A program made the position numbers and the translations under genes. From Camelus dromedarius (taxonomy: Eukaryota), in NCBI RefSeq assembly GCF_036321535.1, contig NC_087437.1, forward strand, positions 33,358,001 through 33,422,000: a stretch of 64,000 nt of DNA. The letters run 5' to 3'. The notes under the pieces were generated by a model. The model did no database searches, was not told the origin of the DNA, and saw nothing but the letters and a program-made list of their open reading frames with translations. Below, piece after piece: positions 25,831-38,440 of this stretch. Each line of letters opens with the position of its first letter. Position 1 is the first letter of the stretch.

Positions 25831-28324
25831 AAAAATGACTTACTGTTTGTAGCTTATTCAAATGACATGGACTCTCTCTGGCTTGATATCAATTAAAAAT
25901 CTCTCCCTTGCACGGTCCTAGGCAGTAGTACCAGGTACAGCTCTTCTCCCTGCTCCTAGGAGCACATCGACTTGTCATATTCTTGTGATTTTCCCCTACA
26001 GGGCCCAGAGCAGAAGCCATGTTCTTGAATGGTGGTCCATTCGGAATAGACTGTCTTCTCCTTTACTTGCTTTACTCCTTTTGCTATTATTTTCTGTTAT
26101 TTTTAATTTTCTAGAACTCTGATAAGGAAGAGAACAAGAGACTTGAACAGAGTGTACTAACTCTTCAATCCAATAGTGTTTCCTTCGCTGGGCAGGCAAG
26201 CATGCGTGGTACCCAGGCCTCTCTGGTGAATGAGAAACATCTGCTCTAGCTAAGTCTGGTGTCTTGCAAAACTCTCAAGGCTCCTAGCTGCTTCAAGCAC
26301 AGTACCCAGGGTACCTTCCCTACCTGCTGTTGCTGCTGCCTATTTGGTAGTTGTTTTTCTCATTCTTTTGTGCCTTGGGGTGTGTGTTTTTTGTTGTTGT
26401 CTACAGAACCTCTGAGCTTTCTTATTGTAAAAGCCAAAGAGAGGAACTGGATTAACAGCTGTTTTTGTTTTGCTGTATAGAGGAGAAATTAATGTCTTCC
26501 TTGTTCAATAAAGAACACTTTCATACTATTAAATAACTTTTGTGCTAAATTATGTTTTAAAATGAATTGTGTGTGTGTGTGTGTGTATAGGGGGATGGGA
26601 ATTTGGGGTGGGATGGAGGCAGTGGAACATTTGAAATCATTTCTAAGGAAAAGACTTCCAGGCTTCTAAAGAAATTATAAACACAGTTCTTCATGCTTCT
26701 AATAAACTCCCTTGTTTGTGTAGCAGGCACAAATGAACTTGAATTTAGTTCAAAGTGGCTGGGTGATTGACATATCCTGCTCCCTAAAAGCATGATAGAA
26801 AGTTCTAAACTGGGAAAACAAGAGAGAATAGACTAGGGAAAAGAAAATGCTTATGTTGTAAAACATTTATCTACGATGAGTTTGATAAAATTAGAAGTCA
26901 CTCACTAACAGCTTTTCATATTATGTCAGCCTTTAGTACTGGCTTTTTAGAGTTGAAACCAGCTTTAGTTTAGAAAAACATTCCACTTATAAAGTACAGT
27001 TAATTTTCATGAATGCTTGACTTTCTTGAAATGGTTGTTCTTAACAAAGTGAATATTGAAAACCATTTCTCACTAATATGATATGGATTTGATGAAAAAG
27101 GCATTGTTTCTGTGTACAGTACAGTAATACCTTAAAAATATTATTGCTTAACCTATTTCTTCACTTGCTTCGTTTTCAGATCATACCATATAAATTACTC
27201 CTACCAAGGATGTGCTGTTTTATATGACTCTATTGTTAGCCTTCTCCTTCAGATTTCTTCTATAGCTAATTTAGCAAAACTGCATTTAAATCAGTCCCCG
27301 ATGAGAGGACCTGGAGTTCACATCCTTGCTTTTAATAGACACATTAGTCTTCCTACATGGTAAAATTTCATAAATGGCTTTTCTTGGGAAATGCTATTAT
27401 ATATCACTCAGTGCATTTCTGGTCTTACCTTAGGGAATTTACAGGGGTTATCATTGCTTTGGTTTCATCTAAAACACAAGAAGTTTTGAATTGGATCTTG
27501 TATTTGTGTTCAGGACTGAGAAGACTCTTCATGTACATTTTAACAAAGCCCTGTAAAGGTTATGTTGGCTAGGCTAATTTGAATAACCAAATATTACTTT
27601 AATACTTAGTTATTTGCAGGTTGCTTCCCCCCACCCCCATAAGGAGCGGAAGGGAGGAAATCTCAGAGGCACGGATGAGATGGGATTACTGGCAGGGTTA
27701 TTTACATGCTGACATTGGGGCATGCAGGCTGTGAGAGGCCGTGAGTGGGGTCTTTTCCTGCCAGGTGAGAAGCTATGGTTGATTTTATAATGTCATATAA
27801 TTCACATTCATAGTAAAAAAACAGATAATACAAATTAACAAAAATAAGAAAAAAGATTATTCATAATTCTACCATCCAGAGATAACTGCTGTTGAAATGT
27901 TGTGCATAATCTTTTATATTTTAAAAAAATTTGTTTGTCTCTTTTATTAAACACAAAAATGGGACCCTCTGACTAGGGTGTTCAGTTAAAAATGTATATC
28001 CATTATCTGTTGCTTAATAAATAACCCTGGTCTTATGCTGCATAATACAAATAATGTTTACAAAGAGAAGAAGGATGTCGTCACCATCCCAGGTCACCAG
28101 CCCCCCAGGTGGCTGGTCTGAAATGAATTGAAAGAGCAAGGTGGGAGCCCCAGAGAGCCTTCAGCAGAGAGAGCAACGTCACGCAAAAGACTGCCTTTGG
28201 TTTCAGCAAAAACGAAAACCCTGATTATGCACATTCAGGAGTCACAAAGCAGGACGAGGACATTTACATGAAGACTCATACACAAAATGTTTTGGTTGGA
28301 GGGAAGTGGGGGAGGGGGAGTGGG

Positions 28325-28590
28325 TGTTACAGGACCTATAATTCCCACTCATTTAATTGCCACTTATCAAAACCTGGACAAGGTCTGAAGTTTGATCCTA
28401 CTTGCAAGCTAATAAGTTAGCCTGCTACAGTTTTTATGGATGCTGCTAGAAGACACAGGATGCCTGGGCCAGAGACAAAGGACTTTATTACTCATGGCAC
28501 AGCAAGAAGCATGAGCTTCATGACACCCTTGATTTCCCTTGTCCCTCAAATCTCATGAAGTGTCACATGGAGGCTCAGGTAGATGTCACC
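28325..28590 (-). mobile_element. ERVL-type LTR fragment (MER74/LTR53/MER54 group)
   Basis: cctacttgcaagctaataagttagcctgctacagttt...agaagacacagg...cagagacaaaggactttattactcatggcacagc. Confidence 0.65.
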
Positions 28591-29654
28591 CATAAGACCT
28601 AGGCGCCTCTTTTGCTTTCACACAATGGGTGTCTTGTAAAACTCAGGCCTCATTCCCCTTCTCTGTAAATCTTCACACACATGTTCCCTCCTAATAGAAT
28701 GTTCCTTATTCTGGTAGAATTTTCTGGCCGTAGTAGAATTTCCTTAAAACTATATTGTTAAAATGTGGTTGCTGCTTTCAAAATAGCCATCAGTTTTGAA
28801 GGGCAGTTTACCTAAACACCAGTAAATGCAAACAAAACTGTTCAGGTTCTTTCCCTGTTAAAAAAAGAATGTGCTGGATATTGGAGTCCAGGCCTCCTGC
28901 AGAGTTGAGGGGCCTATTTCAGGCCTTGGTTGGGGAGAATCAGTGATTAGGTTACTGTTTAACCAGATACGAGATCAGCAAGTCTCAGAGGAGACCTGGG
29001 TATTTTACATTTTAGGCTAACTGCTCCTTTTATGACTTCAGAAGGCATCTGATTTGGAGAATAAACACCTTTGTAATTAGCCTACAGGCATGAAAGGTAT
29101 TTGCTATTTGTACCTTTGCTATCAGGATTTGGCTCTGCCAGCCACAGTTAAGTGTTAACCCTGAAGGTAAAGCCTGTATCTATTCTAATTAGGCTTAATT
29201 TCCACCCTGGGCTTTCAATTAATGTAATTAATATAGCGTATTGTGACTTGGTCTGAGGATATGAATTGCGATGTTTCTTATTTCACAGTGTGAATTTGGT
29301 TGCTATGTAGGTTTGGGTGGGGCTTGAGAGGTGTGACTTCAGGCTTGACTGGATTCCACTTGCCTGGCTGGTGAGGGATGTTTAAAAATGGCAGTAAGCT
29401 GTCCTAACCTTTTCCAACCTTGTTGATTATTCCCATTGGAAGGATTTGCTCAGCCAGGCTGTTGCCTAGCGGGTCATTTTCTTCCTGCCTTTGCTCATAC
29501 CTTCTCCTTCTCCATGGAGGTAATTCCTAAGAAAGCCCAGTAAAGTCTTGATCCTTCATCAACCTCTCTCTGTTTTCATGCCATTTCTCAGTATGGCCCC
29601 CTCCTCTCAGATTCACAACTAGGGAGTCTGAAGTTTGAAGATAGGGACCTCACC

Positions 29655-30160
29655 TTGTACCTTGCCCAGCATACTGCCTTATGAATAGGAAGATCTCTAC
29701 GGCTATCTGGCTACTTGACCAAATTAAATCATGAAATGAAATAATAGTATGTGGGAGCTTGAGGGATTTAGGGGCTAATATAGGGAAAACATAGGACCAC
29801 AAGAGGCAATACACAGCACACTTTATTGGGTGGCGGTTGAAAAGGGTTGCATGAGAGGGGAAGTCCTCACAGCACAAGACCATCCAGAGGTTTACAGTGA
29901 GGAAGCCACCATCCAGAAGCAGAGGAGGGCAAGTGAATTCCAGGGAAGGAGAAAATGAGAGAGGGGTCTTGTGTGTCTGCACACTGTCCCTCAGTGGTCC
30001 AGTGGGAATCTCTGGGTCAGAGAGCTCTGAAGAGCAGCAGTGACTTGGGGTTTCATACTTACAAATTCCTATCTTATCATTGCATAACAGCTGTTGGTGA
30101 GTTTTGATGGAGCATGCAAAGCAGACAGGCTCTGATGGCTAAAAATTAGCTAGTTTGGGT
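29655..30160 (-). mobile_element. Probable LTR fragment, family not assigned
   Basis: Antisense poly(A) signal (ctttattgg about 29822) and LTR-like composition; truncated by the adjacent L1. Confidence 0.4.
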
Positions 30161-30164
30161 TATT

Positions 30165-33100
30165 TTTTATTGAGCTATAGTTAAATACAATGTTATACTG
30201 ATTTCAGGTGTACAACATCAATATTTTTATGCATTATTAAATGATCACCACAGAAAGACCAGTTAACCATCCATCACCCAAGTTGTTACAATATTATTAA
30301 CTATAGTCCCTATGTGTACATTACATCCCCATAACTTACTTATTTTATATCTGGAAGTTTGTACCTCTTAATCCCCTTCACCTATTTTGTCCATTCTGCA
30401 CTCCCCTTCCCTCTGGCAACCACTAGCTTGTTTTCTGTCTGCATGAGTCTGTTTTTGTTTTTTGTTTTGCTTTTTAGATTCTACATAAAAATGAAATCAT
30501 AGAGTATTCATTTTCCTTAGTATGACTTATTTCACTTAGCACAATACCCTTTAGGTCTATCCATGTTGCTGCAAATGGCAAGATTGCATTCTTTTTTATG
30601 GTTGAGCAATATTCCATTGTGTGTGTGTGCACATGTGCACATGTGTGTGCGTATAACATCTTCTGTATCCATTCATCTATTGATGGACATTTAGGTTGTT
30701 TCCATATCTCGACTCTTGTAAATATGCTGCAGTGAACATGGGGTACATATATCTTTTTGAATTAGTGTTTTTGTTTTCTTCAGACAAATACCCAAAGGTG
30801 AAATTTCTGCATTTTATGCTAGTTCTATTTTTAGTTTTTTCAGTAACCTCCATACCGTTTTCCATAGTGTCTGCACCAATTTACATTCTTGCTAACAGTG
30901 CATGAGAGTTCCCTTTCCGCTACATCCTCACCAACACTTGTTGTTTCTTGTCTTTTTGATGATAGGCATTCTAACAGTTGTGAGGTGATAGCTCATTGTG
31001 GTTTTGATTGGCATTTCCCTGATGATAAATGATGTTGAGAATCTTTCATGTGCCTGTTGGACATTTGTATGTCTTCTTTGGAAAAATGCCTATTCAGTTT
31101 CTCTGTCCATTTTTAAAATTGGGTTGTTTGTTTTTTTAATATTGAGTTCTTTATGTGTTTTGGATATCAACCCCTTATCACATTTATTATTTGCAAATAT
31201 CTTACCTCATTCAGTAGCTTGCCTTTTCATTTTGTTGGTTTCTTTTGCTATGCAAAAGCTTTTTGTTTGATGTATCCCCATTTGTTTATTTTTGCTTTTT
31301 TGCTTGCCTGAGGAGACATATCCAAAAAATATTGCGATGACTTATGTCAGAGTGTACTGCCTATGTTTTCTTCTACAAGTTTTGTGGTTCCAGGTCTTAC
31401 ATTTATGTTTTTAATCCATTTTGAGTTTATTTTTGTATGTGGTATAAGAAAGTGGTCAAGTTTCATTCTTCTGCATGTAGCTGTTCAGTTTTCCAAACAT
31501 CATTTATTGAAGAGACTGTCTTTTCCCTATTATATAGTATTGACTCCTTTGTTTAAGTTAATATATCATATAAGCATGGATTTATTTCTGGGCTCTCTAT
31601 TCTGTTCCATTGATCTACATATCTACTTTCTCTGCCAGTACTATATTGTTTTGATTACTATAAAATTGTAGTATAGTTTCAAGTCTGGAAATATACCTCC
31701 AGCTTTATTCTTCTTTCTCAAGGCTGCTTTGACTGTTTAGGGCCTTTTGCCCAAGAAGCCATACAAATTTAGGGTAATTTGTTCTCCTTCTGTGAAAAAT
31801 GCCATGGATATTGAATCTGTAGGTTGCTTTGGGTAATATCAATATATTAACAATGTTGTTTCTTTCAGTTCATGAACATGGTATAATCTTCCATTCATTT
31901 GGGTCATCTTCAGTTTCTTTCCTCAATGTCTTACTGTTTTCAGAGTATAGGTCTTTCACTTCCTTGGTTAAATTTATTCCTAGGTATTTTTATTCTTTTT
32001 GATGCAATTTTAAAAGGGATTGTTTTCTTCATTTCTCTTTCTGATAGTTGTAATTAGTGTATAGAGATTCAACATATTTCTGTATATTTTATAGACTGCA
32101 ACTGTACTGAATTCATTATTTGCTCCAATAGGTTTTCGGTGGGGTCTGTGGGGTTTTCTCTATATAGTATCATGTCATCTGCAAATAACAATTTTACTTC
32201 AGTTTGGGTGACTCTTATCTCTTTTTCTTGCCTAATTGTTGTGGCTAGGACTTCCATACTATGTTGAATAAAAATGTGGAGAGTGGGCATCCTTGTCTTA
32301 TTCCTGATCTTAGAGTAAAAACTTTCAGCTTTTTACTCTTGAATATGATGTTAACTGTGGGTTTGTCATATATGGCCTTTATTATGATGAGGCGTGTTCC
32401 CTCTATGTCCACTTTGTTGGGAGTTTTTATGATGACTGGATATTGAATTTTATCAGATGCTTTGTATGCATCTATTAAGATGACCATATGATTTTTATTC
32501 TTTGTTTTGTTAATATGAGGCATCATATTTATTGATTTGCACATATTAAGCCATCCTTGCATCCCTGAAATGAATCACACTTGATCATGGTGTATGATCC
32601 TTTTAATGTATTGTTGAATTTGATTTGCTAATATTTTGCTGAGGATTTTTGCATCTATGCTCATCAGGGATATTGGCCTGTAGTTCTTTATTTTTTGTGG
32701 TGTCTTTGTATGGTTTTTGTATTAGAGTAATTCTGGCCTCCTGAAATGAGTTTGAAAGTGTTTCTTCCTCTTCAAATTTTTACAAGTAATTTGAGAAGGA
32801 TAGGTATTAACTCTCCCTTAAATGCTTACTAGAATTCACCTGTAAAGCCACTTCGACCTGGACTTTTGTTTTTTGATGTTTTTTTGATTAATGATTCAAT
32901 TTCATTACTAGTGATCATTTAGGATTTCTATTTCTTCATGATTTTGCTTTGGAAAATTGTACATTTCTAGAAGTGTATCCATTTTTCTAGGTTATCTAAT
33001 TTGTTGTCATATAATTGTTCATAGTATTCTTTTATGATGCTTTGCATTTCTGGGGTATAATTTGTCATTTCTCCTGTTTCATTTCTGATTTTAATTTTTG

Positions 33101-34210
33101 GGCTTTTTTTCCCTTGATGAGTCTGGGTAAAGGATTGTTGATTTTGTTTATCTTCTCAAAGACTCAACTTTCAGTTTCTACTACAATCAAGATAGCTATC
33201 ATTTGCATCACTCCCCAAGATAATTTCCTCTTTGATTTCTTCATTGACCCATTAATTGTTTAGTTCATGTTGTTCAGTCTCCATGTGTTTGTGTGGTTTT
33301 TTTTTTTTTCAGTTTTCCTTTTGTAATTGATTTCTCATTTTATATGGTTGTGGTTGGAAACGATGCTTAATATTATTTCAGTCTGCTTAAACTTACTGAG
33401 GCTTGTTTTGTGGTCTAACGTGAGTAACCCTTGTGGAGAATGTTCTGTGTGCACTTGAAAAGAATGTGTATTCTGCTGCTTTTGAATGGAACAGTCTATG
33501 TATATCTGTTAAGCTCATCTGGTCTAATATGTTACTTAAGGGCAGTTTTTTCTTACTGATTTTCTGTCTGAATGATACATCCATTGATCAAAGTGAAGTA
33601 CTGAAGTCCCCTACTATTATTATATTGCTGTCTCTTTCTCTATTTATTTCTGTTAGCATTTGCTTTATGTATTTAGGTGCTCCTATAAATGTTCACTAAT
33701 GTTGTAATCCTCTTGTTGGATTCCCCCTTTATCATTATATAATGTCCTTCTTTGTCTTTTGTTACAATCTTGTTTTAAAGTCTATTTTGTTGATATTAGT
33801 ATTTCTACCCCAACTTTGGATTATCTTTTCCCACCCCTTTACTTTTAGACTACATTTGTCTTTAAATCTGAGGTGAGTTTTTTGTAGGCAGCATATAAAT
33901 GGGTCTCTATTCCTATTCAGCTACCCTATGTCTTTTGATTGTAGCATTTAGTCTATTTACATTTAAAGTAATTAATGATAGGTTTATCCTTGCTGTCATT
34001 TTGTTAATTGTTTTCTGGTTGTTTTTGTAGTTCTTCTCTGTTTCTGTCTTCTTTTAGTTTCTTCCATTGTGGTTCGATGGATTACTTTAGCGCTATGTAT
34101 ATTTCTTTATTTTTTTACGTATCCACTTTAGGTTTTTGGTTACCATGAAGTTCATCCATATATTGACCTCTATACATAGCTAGCTGTTTTAAACTGATGA
34201 TCACTTAAAT
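30165..34210 (-). mobile_element. About 4-kb L1 (L1MA9-like) with decayed ORF2
   Basis: Minus-strand ORFs 32245-32562 ([12 protein letters not shown]...GIRQGCPLS) and 32069-32290 (LLFADDMILY) are L1 RT motifs; endonuclease start (IITLNVN) near 33980; 3' UTR 30165-30480; many stops and frameshifts. Confidence 0.95.
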
Positions 34211-35534
34211 TCCATAGGTCAAATTGAGGGGGCTGGTCGGGGTGGGTGGAGTAGAGTAGGAATGGAGGGATTAGGGAGATTAAAAGCTATTATTTTTTTT
34301 TCCTTTTCTGAACAGAGGGCCAATTGTGATAGGTTATAGAAAAAAACAAAATTCCTAGGCTCCTCTTTTATTACATAACAAATAAATTCTCATAGATTTC
34401 TACATGGAAGCAGGGTAAGATCACCAAGGATAATAGTAGGATTAAGAGTGAAAGAGAGCATAGTAGGCTAGACCCCCAAAGAGCACCGACAACTAAGATA
34501 AGTAGAGCAGAAGAAGCCATAAAAGGAAACCAGGGAGATGGGAGTACTGGGAGGGGTCGACAAAGGGTCAAGGGCTGCTGAGCAGTCAAGCATTATGAGC
34601 TTAGAAATGTCTTCATTCCACTAGTTACCTGGAGGTCATTGGTGATTTTACTGAGTACTGTTCAGAGGAACAATGGGCATCAAACTGATTTGAATCTGTT
34701 GAAGATAAAAGCAAGTAAATAAATGGAGACAACTGGTTTGGTCATTTACACTCATTTCTTCTATTTTAAGACCTGTTGTTTCCCCTTCCTCCCTAATATT
34801 GAGATATTTTGGGAGATGTCTCACAATGGCTCTCAAGGATGTCTGCCAGAAGCCAGGTGGAGGAATGGGCTGGGACAGACTTGTCAAGGCCTCGGACATG
34901 TGTGGACAGGGCTTGGGCAGTACCTGTTCACCCAGTTATCACCTCAGCTGAGCTCTGGGATCTGATAGTACCACACTCTCTTGAATTTTAACTTAAATTC
35001 CTATCTTATTTGTGGATTAAAATGTCTTTCTGAAAGATGATACCATGAAATAGCATTGAATTCAAGCATTGTTAGACACCACAAGTTGCTTATGGATACA
35101 TAGCCAGTGACACTGAAGGCTGTGGAAATGGCCACATCCCCAGTTCTAGGCCACAGATTTTTAAAGCTAGGAGAGTTGGAGGGATGGTTTGTGCTCCTGA
35201 ACACCTATCTGTTAAACACATCTGGCTACTATCAAAGGAAGCTGTTTAGCACCACATTAAGTATACTTTTTATAATGAAATGGAAGTAGCATGCCTTATT
35301 CACATGATGACCCTTATTTTGATCCGAAGTTTTTGCATCTAGAAATCCTAAATTACTTTTAGCCATTTTATAACCATTGTGTTTAACCTCAGAAGGACAT
35401 GCTAATTTTTGTAAGCTAAGCCCAAGATTTGATTTCTTTATCACATCTAAAGTTTCTCATATAATTTTTTCATACAGTAGTCTTTTCCATACAGTGATGA
35501 ACTTTATTGGCTTATATTTGTTACAGAGTTTTTT

Positions 35535-35728
35535 TAAAATTTACTTTTTAAGTACAACTTACATATAGCAAAGGACACAAATCTTATATTTATAGCTGAC
35601 AATTTATATATATGCATATACCTAGGTAGCCACAACCAAATCAAGATATGGAATATTTCCATCACCCCAGCAGGCCCCCTCCCCAAAGTAACTGCTGTTC
35701 TGGTTTTTACCACCACAGATTAATTGTG
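35535..35728 (-). mobile_element. Old L1 3' UTR end (L1MC/MD/ME-like)
   Basis: caacttacatatagcaaaggacacaaatctta...aaatcaagatatggaatatttccatcacccca. Confidence 0.75.
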
Positions 35729-36165
35729 GAAGAAAAGATAGGAACAAAGAATGAGGGCAACCAACAGAAAAAATTAACAAATATAGTAGATATTAATCCA
35801 GCTACTCAACAATCACTTTGAACATCAGTGGTCTAAATTCAATTAAAAGAGACTGTCAGAGTGGACAAAAAACAAGACCCAACTATATGTTGTCTACAGA
35901 ACCCCACTTTAAATATAAGATGCACATAGGTTAAAAGTAAATGGGCAGAGAAAAACATACCATGCAGACACTAATCAAAAGAAAGCAAGAGTAGCTATAT
36001 TAATTTCAGACAGACTTCAGAGCAAGGAAAGTTATCTGGGATAAAGAAGGGTATTACATAATGATAAAGGTGTCCATTCTCCAAGAAGACATAACAATCC
36101 TTAATGTGTGTGCACCTAACAATGTCAAACTACAAGAAGCAAAAGCTGATAGAACTGCATGGAAA
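35729..36165 (+). mobile_element. Old L1 ORF2 endonuclease fragment
   Basis: caagacccaactatatgttgtctaca; ORF 36061 begins MIKVSILQEDITILNVCAPNN, an L1 endonuclease motif. Confidence 0.85.
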
Positions 36166-37344
36166 AAAATACCAAAAAATATTAGGTTTCCATGTTCTTC
36201 TTCTTTGACTATCTTCATAGTTTTACTTCTTCAACTTGTTCATTCTGTAGCTCCTAGTTCCTATCTCTCCTTTCCCTGCCCCATCACCTCTAGATGGGAG
36301 GCAAAGGCAGAAGGGGGTGATATTCAGAGAGGTTAGAGTGGTTCTTTCAGCAATGTCATTTGCCTGCCATTCATTCCTTGATGCCTGAAATCAGTGCGGT
36401 GAAGTTTCCGTCTTTCGATTGAATGAGCTGTCTCTGGAGGGTAGCAGTGCCATTTTATAAGTGTAAGTCATCCTCTTCAGATTCTCTCTTAAAAAGCAGC
36501 CAGGCAACAGGCCTTGATAGGGAAGAGGTGAGGGAAAGTTGGGTGCTTGGCAAGGGTGGGCTGGAAGGAAACTGCTTCAGGAAGGAGATAAGCCAAGAGT
36601 GGAGCTGAACAGTAGCTGCCATGGGTGCCCTTCCTCCCAGTCAGGCCTCCTTGGCTCTCATCTCTGGTGGTGCTGCCACAGGCCATCCTCCTCATGATCT
36701 TGCCTCTCTGTCTTTCATTAGGCTCCAACCCTCCTCTATTCTTTGATTTTAGTATAGCCCTGCAATCTCTCCAGTACCTTGGGCCCCTGTGTTCAGCTGC
36801 TCAGGGTTGTAATGGCTCAACATGACTGGCCATGACCATGAAGACTATGGCTGGTGACTTGTGATCTTTTTATCCACAGCATCTGTTAGAATCATGAGGG
36901 TGGGAGATGGTGGCAATGTTTCTGCCACAGTGTGAAGTAATTTGAAAGGACTTTTTTGCTCTTCAGATAAAGGGATTTCCTGTATTTAGAAAGGACAGTA
37001 CTCTTTCTGACCCAAGTTTTGCCTTTCTGGCTTGCATCACTGGACATTTTGAGGACAGTTCAGCTGTGATTATGGCTGTGTGGCTGGGTGGAGAGTTCAG
37101 GAAAATTCAGAATACATCCTTGCTTACTAATATCCTTCTACCCATTTCTTTTCACATTTTTATTTTGGTAAAACTTTGTTAAAATTAAAACCAAAGGTAA
37201 TCTGAAGGAAAAAAGATATACCTCAAAGAGAATAGAACTCTTCATGTGAGAGGGAAGGAAAAGGACTCTTCAGAGTCCCCAGCAACCCCTTTGCTTTGAT
37301 TGTGTGAACATGAGCACCTCAGGTCTTTCTCCTGATGGTCAAGT

Positions 37345-38440
37345 CCAATGCATATATTTGTTCTAAAAACTCCTGAGCGTTGCATATGACAATATGAATA
37401 GTAGTCATGGTGGTCTTATTCTAGGAAGGCAGAATAGTTAGAGGGTTAAAGGATGAGCGATGGAGTCAGTGTCCCTGGGCTCAAGTGGGTTAGTAGGGAG
37501 GGACTCCTCAGAAAGCTAACATCTGAATAATGGAAAGGTGGCAGCCATGCAGATATGGGAGGAGAGCACCCTAAGTGGAAGGACACAGCAAGTGCAAAGG
37601 TTGTGAATAAGTGCATCATACTTGAGAAAGAATGGAGCTGAATTCCAGTCAATGGAGAGAGAAGAGGTGGAGAGCAGGTGGAGACAGCTTGTATCTGACC
37701 TTGTAGGCTAGAATAGAGAATTAGATCTTACTCTAAATGCAATGAAAAGTTCCTGGAGCATTTTAAGAAGGGAACAGACATATTTTGATTTGGGTTTTTT
37801 AAAGATCACTGCTGTATGGCAAATGGGTTGGGGAAGAATAAAAGTGGAAGCAAGGAGACCAGTTAAAAGCCCATTGTAATAATCTAAGACAGGAGAAGAT
37901 GGTGCCTTGGACCAGAGTGGTTGTGGTGGAGATGGAGTGAAGTGGGGTAAGTTTGGATATATTTTAGATGTGCAGTCCATAGGGTTGTTCATGGATTGAA
38001 TGTGGGAGAAGATGGAAAGGGAGGAGTCAATGATAACACTAACAGTTTTGAATTCAGCAACCTCTGGATGGGTGCTAGTTAAGACGGAGAAGTCAGACTT
38101 GTTGAGGGGAGAGAGTACTGTAGGTACACTGTATAGAGATCAAGAGTTCTATTTCAGCCATAAATGTGAGATGTCTACTAGACATTAAACATCTATATGG
38201 AAATATCACGTAGGCAGTTGGATATGGGATTGGACTTCAGTGAAGATGTAGGGACTGATGCTGGACATTGGGAGTCCATTGGTATGTAGATGGCATTTAA
38301 AGCCTCAGGAATGTATGTGATCTTGTAGAGAGTAGATGTAGAGGGAGAAGGAAAGAGGGCTGAGATCTGAGCTCCAGCATTGAGAGGTTAAGCAGAAGAG
38401 AAGAAAGCTGAGAGGACTCAGCCAGAGAGATGAATAAAGT
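37345..38440 (-). mobile_element. L2 LINE, about 1.1 kb
   Basis: cagcaagtgcaaagg...gtggaagcaaggagaccagttaaaagcccattgtaataatc...gagatgtctactagacatt...taggcagttggatat. Confidence 0.85.

Noticed and set aside
27150..27365. Acceptor-like ttcgttttcag followed by an open frame
   Set aside because: Peptide unrecognisable and donor weak.
30474..33699. Multiple ORFs with reverse transcriptase and endonuclease motifs
   Set aside because: Fragments of a dead L1 ORF2 with many stops and frameshifts; not a host gene.
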